A DNA stretch of 64,000 bases from the NCBI GenBank assembly GCA_963675665.1, contig OY776510.1, forward strand, positions 1,376,001-1,440,000, read 5' to 3'. This document shows, one piece after another, positions 58,860 to 64,000 of the stretch. Positions within the stretch are counted from its first letter, which is position 1. Every line of letters begins with the position of its first letter. Made by a program: the position numbers and the translations under genes. The notes under the pieces are model-generated. The model did no database searches. It was not told where the DNA came from and was given only the letters and a program-made list of their open reading frames with translations. The stretch is from Spirochaetia bacterium. GTDB lineage: Bacteria; Spirochaetota; Spirochaetia; UBA9216.

Positions 58860-59750
58860 ATGTATAAAAAGCTGAAAAGGGAGAGAACTGTTGCTCTGTC
58901 CTTTCATCTTCCTGCGATGATTATTCTTTTAATCATTACATTTATTCCGCTTTTGCTGAATATTAAGCAGAGTTTGTTTGATTTTAAACTTGCTTCTCCG
59001 GGAAGCGTTGATGATTTTATCGGATTTAAAAATTATGTAACAATATTTCATGATGTCAGGTTTTACAAATCCCTGGGCATTACCTTTATTTTTGTTCTTG
59101 CAGCAACCATTTTTGAGTTTCTGCTCGGAGCTGTTATTGCAGGTCTTTTGGATCAGGTTACAGTCGGAAGAAAAATATTATCGGCCCTGTGGATTGTTCC
59201 CATGACAATTGCGCCCCTTGTAGTGGGGTTGATGTTCAGTTTTATACTAAATCCGCAATTCGGGCTTTATGGATTTTTTCTTGATGTTACGGGTTCTTCA
59301 TTATCCAGGGCTCCTTTAAGCTCTTCCGTTTCAGCAATGATTGCCCTGATAATAACTGATATCTGGCAATGGACGCCCTATATGATTCTTATGCTTTTTG
59401 CCGGGCTTAAAACCCTTCCTTCCGAGCCTTATGAAGCGGCTGATATCGACGGCGTAAGCGGGTTCCAGAAGCTGAGGTATATAACCTTTCCCATGATGAA
59501 ACCGGTGATAACCGTTTCACTTATTCTCAGGGGTGTAGAGGCGTTTAAGGTTTTTGACAAACCGTATCTTCTTACGGGAGGAGGCCCCGGTTCCGCTACC
59601 GAGGTAATAGACCTTTATACTTATCGAAAGGCTTTCGTTGATTTTCATTTCAGTTACGCGTCGGCCCTTTGTCTGATTCTCTTTGTTCTTTTGCTCTGCT
59701 TTGGAATTCTTTACTGGTTCTTTTTTATGAGGAGGCAGTATGAAATATAG
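58860..59750 (+). CDS. CUT1 ABC permease (MalF-like)
   Basis: FIGFKNY, DIWQWTP, YEAADIDG, TGGGPG. Confidence 0.92.
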   Translation: MYKKLKRERTVALSFHLPAMIILLIITFIPLLLNIKQSLFDFKLASPGSVDDFIGFKNYVTIFHDVRFYKSLGITFIFVLAATIFEFLLGAVIAGLLDQVTVGRKILSALWIVPMTIAPLVVGLMFSFILNPQFGLYGFFLDVTGSSLSRAPLSSSVSAMIALIITDIWQWTPYMILMLFAGLKTLPSEPYEAADIDGVSGFQKLRYITFPMMKPVITVSLILRGVEAFKVFDKPYLLTGGGPGSATEVIDLYTYRKAFVDFHFSYASALCLILFVLLLCFGILYWFFFMRRQYEI

Positions 59751-60570
59751 ACTGGTAAGAAAACAGAGGATAAGGATAATCACGGCAATATTAGTTGTTC
59801 TGCTTCTTGTTTATCTGGTGCCCTATATCTGGATGATTTTAACATCGTTCAAATCAAGGCTGGATATTTTTGCAATGCCACCCAAAATTGTTTTTAAGCC
59901 TACATTTGACAATTACAGGATTGCTTTTGTAGATAAACACTTTCTTGAAAATGTTAAAAACAGTTTTATAGTGACATCATTAACGGTGATGTTTTCCCTT
60001 CTGATAGGGCTTCCTTCGGCATACGGATTTTCGAGGTTCAGGCTGAAAGGAGATAAAGTGTTATTTTTTTATCTTCTGGGAACACGGTTTACTCCTACCA
60101 TTGTTCTTGCCCTGCCTCTTTATTTCATAATGACCAGGCTGAGACTGCTGAATACTTTTGTCGGAATTATTGCGGCCCACACAGCTTTTAATATTCCTTT
60201 TGTTGTATGGATGATGAAAAGTTTCTTTGATTCGGTTCCGCGGCAGGTTGACGAGGCTGCCATTGTAGACGGCTGCGGCTGGTTTTCCGTCTTTGTAAAG
60301 ATGGCTCTTCCTCTTACCAAAAGCGGAATAGCTGCAACCGCTGTTTTCTGTGCTATAAATTCATGGAATGAATTTCTGATGGCCCTGATTCTTACCGGCG
60401 GCAAGACGGCCACACTTCCGGTCGCAATTCCCAGGCTTTTGACCCCGCAGGGTACAGCCTGGGGACAATTGACGGCAGTCGGTTCGGTCGTAACAGTTCC
60501 GGTAATAATCTTTGCGTTTCTGGTGCAGAAACACATGGTCCGCGGATTGTCGAGCGGTGCGATAAAATAG
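59740..60570 (+). CDS. CUT1 ABC permease (MalG-like)
   Basis: TSFK, DEAAIVDGC, SWNEF, QKHMVRGL. Confidence 0.92.
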   Translation: MKYRLVRKQRIRIITAILVVLLLVYLVPYIWMILTSFKSRLDIFAMPPKIVFKPTFDNYRIAFVDKHFLENVKNSFIVTSLTVMFSLLIGLPSAYGFSRFRLKGDKVLFFYLLGTRFTPTIVLALPLYFIMTRLRLLNTFVGIIAAHTAFNIPFVVWMMKSFFDSVPRQVDEAAIVDGCGWFSVFVKMALPLTKSGIAATAVFCAINSWNEFLMALILTGGKTATLPVAIPRLLTPQGTAWGQLTAVGSVVTVPVIIFAFLVQKHMVRGLSSGAIK

Positions 60571-60573
60571 ATA

Positions 60574-60597
60574 AGGGGGGTCCCGACTCCCTTTTTA
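60574..60597 (+). terminator. Possible terminator
   Basis: AAGGGGGTC-CC-GACTCCCTTTTT. Confidence 0.55.
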
Positions 60598-60814
60598 ACC
60601 TTTCCGGGTATGTTTGTTTTCTCATGATATCAGATTCAGAGACATATCCTGAAAGGTCTGCAGATTACAATTCGGCTGAATCTGCCCGCAGCCGGCACGC
60701 CGAAAAGAAAGATTTTCTTGCGTCGCTGTAGATTTTTTATGATAGTTTGGCCTAATAATTGTAACAACACCTATTTTATGCTAAAATCATGATAATTTAT
60801 CACATGGGGGCAAC

Positions 60815-61447
60815 ATGGATCATTCTTACTGGGCATTTTTTATAATCACGGCAGTTGTTTTGAATATTACACCCGGTCCGGATATGATATACCTGATTAC
60901 CCAGTCGATGTCTTCCGGCAAGAGGGTCGGCTTTGCGTCCGTGCTTGGATTGGGGACCGGCGCCCTGATCCATACTCTTTTTGTTTCACTCGGTATTTCC
61001 GCAGTTATTTCAACATCTGTAGTTGTTTTCAGAGTCATGAAAATTATAGGCGCAGGGTATCTGTTTTATCTGGGGGCCCGGGCGCTTTTATGGGGAGGTC
61101 TGGATCTTTCCGGAGTTGGAAATAAAAAAGAAGACGGGTCTTTCTTTAAATCATTTATTAATGCGGTAGTTATAGACGTTACGAATCCCAAGGTCGCCGT
61201 ATTTTTTATGGCGTTTCTGCCCCAGTTCTATCGTGATAACGGTTCCTCGAGAATATCGCAATTTATGTTTCTCGGTATAGTGATAGTCCTGATCGGTTTT
61301 ATCGTTGAAAGCCTTATTGTCCTGCTCTCGGAACGGATTGCTGTTGTTCTTCGCAGGAAACCGATTGTTTCCGGAATTATCGACAAGCTGTTTGGTTCGG
61401 TTTTAATTGGTCTTGGTGTCAAACTGGTCCTGGAAGAACGGAGTTAA
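60815..61447 (+). CDS. LysE/RhtB-family translocator
   Basis: TPGPD, GAGYLFYLG, NPKVAVFF..FLPQF. Confidence 0.92.
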   Translation: MDHSYWAFFIITAVVLNITPGPDMIYLITQSMSSGKRVGFASVLGLGTGALIHTLFVSLGISAVISTSVVVFRVMKIIGAGYLFYLGARALLWGGLDLSGVGNKKEDGSFFKSFINAVVIDVTNPKVAVFFMAFLPQFYRDNGSSRISQFMFLGIVIVLIGFIVESLIVLLSERIAVVLRRKPIVSGIIDKLFGSVLIGLGVKLVLEERS

Positions 61448-61481
61448 ATATCCGCTTTGATTAACTCGGTGGTAATCCTTC

Positions 61482-62294
61482 TTATTCCATCTTTATCTCA
61501 ACCGGTTTAAGCTCCGTATTTTCTACTATCAGCCTGTAAATTTCAGCGGCGTTCTGTACAGCTTTGCCTTTATGATGGTTGTTGAACGCAATCAGCAGGC
61601 GTTTTACTTTTCCCGCGATATCGTCGATTCTGCAGAGCCAGGAATGAAGCTCGTGTTCGTTATACAGGTAATCATAACGGCTGGTGTTGTCGCCGTCCCA
61701 CCAGTTGTCGCGGTTGCGGCCGTGGAACCTGATGTAGCCGACATCTGATGTTGTCGTAGCCGTCGGCAGCGGAAGGTTGTCAAGCTCGGGGTTGTCGGTC
61801 TGGACAAAGCAGACCTGCCGTTCAGCAAATCCGTCATAGACCTTTTCAAGCATCCATTCGCGGTTGCGGAATTCCACGCAGAGCGGAAAGCCTTCAAGCG
61901 GTTTCAGTATTTCGGCGAGGTATTTCCGGTTTTCCGGGTTATAATGAAAGCTGTATGGAAACTGCAGCAGAACTGCGGCAAGCCTTTTTTCATCAAGCAT
62001 TGGCCTGACGGCGTGAAAAAACTCCTCCGCCTGATCAATCGAACCCGGTCCTCGTTCATGCGTAATGCTTTTATGCGCCTTGATAGCGAACTGGAACCCG
62101 GCCGGAGTCTCCTGAATCATTGAAAGCAGTCTTCCGCGCATCGGCATCTGGTAGTAACTAAAATTAAGTTCGCAGAACGGAAAGTGCCTGCTGTAAAAGT
62201 TTAAAAAGTGTTCTTTTCCGATGCCCGGCGGATACAGGGGGCCGACCCAGTCCTGATAATAGTATCCCGATGTACCGATAAGAATCTCCGTCAT
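61482..62294 (-). CDS. DUF72 (YecE-like) protein
   Basis: IGTSG, ELNFSYY, LLQFP, VEFR, YIRFHGRN, FNNH. Confidence 0.92.
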   Translation of the reverse strand: MTEILIGTSGYYYQDWVGPLYPPGIGKEHFLNFYSRHFPFCELNFSYYQMPMRGRLLSMIQETPAGFQFAIKAHKSITHERGPGSIDQAEEFFHAVRPMLDEKRLAAVLLQFPYSFHYNPENRKYLAEILKPLEGFPLCVEFRNREWMLEKVYDGFAERQVCFVQTDNPELDNLPLPTATTTSDVGYIRFHGRNRDNWWDGDNTSRYDYLYNEHELHSWLCRIDDIAGKVKRLLIAFNNHHKGKAVQNAAEIYRLIVENTELKPVEIKME

Positions 62295-62395
62295 ACTTAC
62301 ATTATATTAAAACGGGCACAATCAGGCAAATTGATTTTTCCTGAGGGGTCTTTAAACCGTAGCCGGATTAATAATATATTTGATTAAGAGGATTT

Positions 62396-63262
62396 ATGGA
62401 AACCAGTTTTTTAACGGAAGAACAGATACTGAAGGCCTCAGGGGGCAGCCTGGATAAGCTTGTAAAGATATGGCATCGGGAAGTTAATTCCCCGGGAAAG
62501 GGACGGGTTGAAATTGTATTGAGGAACCGGCGTGATGGCAAAGATCCGGTTAACGGCGGGATACTGACCGAAGCCTCAATTCAGATCAAGGGAAACAGTG
62601 CCCGCCTGGTTATCTGGTATGATTCTCTTGAACTCTATTATGACGCCCGCATCGCTGAAACCGGCTACAGCAGGACCGTTATTGATGAAATTTCGAAGAT
62701 GCTGAAAGAAGAAAGGGGGCCGGGGCCGGATTATGACCCGGTGAGTAATCCGGAAAGGATCGACTGGGACAAGGTTTCCAGGCAGATAGGCCGCTGGCTT
62801 CTGAAATTCAGGGGATATAAAAAAATTCACAATGAAAACCGGAAATTTTATGAGCTGGAAACCTTTCTGAATCTTGAATGTGCTGTTCCGCCTCTTTATT
62901 CATTGTTTGATGAAGCAGACTACGACTGGAGCCGCGGAGAGTATAAACGGCTGGTAGATGTGCTTGAAGGGCTTGAAAATATGGAGGAACCGTCGAGACG
63001 GATAGACCGGGCGTTGAACGCGATGAGAATTGCCAACATTATGGATTTCAGCGCCGACTCCGGTAAAAAGATAGAGCTGGAATCGCTTCTGGAAAAACGT
63101 TTTAAATTGATCCTTGAATCCAGAGATAAGATAGATATGATAAAGAAAACAGTCGATATGACGTCTCCGGACGGAAATTTTGAGTTTAAAAGAAAACTGG
63201 TGCTCGGTTTCAGGATGCCCGGTACATGGACGTCATTTAATGAAGTTGCCGGTATTATATGA
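62396..63262 (+). CDS. Hypothetical protein
   Basis: 288-aa ORF with SD GAGG; no recognised motif. Confidence 0.6.
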   Translation: METSFLTEEQILKASGGSLDKLVKIWHREVNSPGKGRVEIVLRNRRDGKDPVNGGILTEASIQIKGNSARLVIWYDSLELYYDARIAETGYSRTVIDEISKMLKEERGPGPDYDPVSNPERIDWDKVSRQIGRWLLKFRGYKKIHNENRKFYELETFLNLECAVPPLYSLFDEADYDWSRGEYKRLVDVLEGLENMEEPSRRIDRALNAMRIANIMDFSADSGKKIELESLLEKRFKLILESRDKIDMIKKTVDMTSPDGNFEFKRKLVLGFRMPGTWTSFNEVAGII

Positions 63263-63403
63263 AAATACTATCGGCAACGGATGGAATACGGGGCCCGGCT
63301 GCAGTTTCAAATATTAAGATAAGTCCCTGTATATCTCAATGACTGCAGTTCTCCGGGCCCTCTGTATTCCCTTTATTTATGCAATTCAGGGGGAGCGACT
63401 TTT

Positions 63404-64000
63404 TCAGCCGAAAACTTTTTTAAGGGCCTTTTCAAATCTATCGAGACCCTCGTCTATCTCTTCCGGGGTTACAACCAGAGGAGGTATCCATCTTATTGTA
63501 TTTCCGTAAGTTCCGCATCCCAGAAGAAGCAGGTTTTCTTCTTTCGCGGCGTTAATCACTGCTTTGGCGGATGCAGCATCAGGCTTGCCGTTTGATGAAA
63601 ACTCCGTGGCCAGCATGCATCCACGGCCCCGCACGTCTCCGATTGCAGGGTATTCTTTCTGAAGATCTCTAAGTCTTTTTACTAATTGAATTCCTCTTGC
63701 TGCTGCGTTTTCATCAAGCTTCTCTTCTTTCATTACCTGAACTGTGGCGGTGGCTCCTGCACAGGCTATGGTGTTGGCTGAATATGTTCCGCCGTGGCTG
63801 CCGGGCACCCACTTTTCCTGAAGCTCTCTCCTGTATGCAACCCCGGATATGGGTATCCCTGAACCCAACCCCTTTGCCATAGTCATTATATCGGGAGAAA
63901 TTCCTTCGTACTGGACAGCAAAAAACTTCCCGGTCCGGCAGAATCCGGACTGTACTTCATCAGCTATCATTAATATGTTGTTTTCATCACAAATCTCACG
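63404..64000 (-). CDS. 4-aminobutyrate aminotransferase-like class III aminotransferase (5' end outside window)
   Basis: IADEVQSGFCRTG, MAKGLGSG, HGGTY, DVRGRG, IRWIPPL. Confidence 0.85.
   Translation of the reverse strand, partial: REICDENNILMIADEVQSGFCRTGKFFAVQYEGISPDIMTMAKGLGSGIPISGVAYRRELQEKWVPGSHGGTYSANTIACAGATATVQVMKEEKLDENAAARGIQLVKRLRDLQKEYPAIGDVRGRGCMLATEFSSNGKPDAASAKAVINAAKEENLLLLGCGTYGNTIRWIPPLVVTPEEIDEGLDRFEKALKKVFG

Noticed and set aside
43737-60570. Missing ATPase genes in the two CUT1 operons as a sign of pseudogenisation
   Set aside because: CUT1 importers commonly share a remote MsmX/MalK-type ATPase, and the reading frames are intact.
103-63882. Many antisense or nested ORFs in the track (e.g. 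3838-4539, 24043-24948, 49824-50771)
   Set aside because: They overlap well-supported genes, show no motifs, and are explained by codon bias on the coding strand.

Overview
Bacterial chromosomal DNA, very likely from an anaerobic free-living spirochaete (Spirochaetales). This rests on 'FAGGQQE'-type secreted binding proteins and several spirochaete-type hypothetical proteins. I found no rRNA, tRNA, CRISPR array, phage or transposase. Layout: (1) 1-18.3 kb, an unusual carbohydrate catabolic island (LacI and GntR regulators, two Gfo/Idh/MocA dehydrogenases, two TIM-barrel isomerases, VOC protein, ribose-type ABC transporter whose binding-protein gene is present twice, Zn-dehydrogenase, atypical DeoC, two FGGY kinases, Fe-S Old Yellow Enzyme). 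(2) 19-27.2 kb, a FadR-regulated operon for an uncharacterised glycyl radical enzyme with its activase, a tandem flavin split-barrel protein, a membrane protein and a secreted sulfatase, plus a convergent sulfatase maturase. (3) 27-43.7 kb, housekeeping genes (rpiB, metY, metA, hom, radical SAM enzymes, aminotransferase), several apparently leaderless. (4) 43.7-48.9 kb, a Moco/tungsten-cofactor-type riboswitch heading a sugar-class ABC operon whose extracellular parts carry repeated molybdopterin-oxidoreductase-like domains, a candidate cofactor uptake system. (5) Acyl-CoA ligase, fungal-type HPRT, a pseudo-kinase adenylate cyclase, a ROK/aminotransferase/ABC locus, LysE, DUF72 and a partial GABA-type aminotransferase. 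The strongest novelty candidates are (4) and (2). All calls come from reading motifs by eye; no database searches were run.
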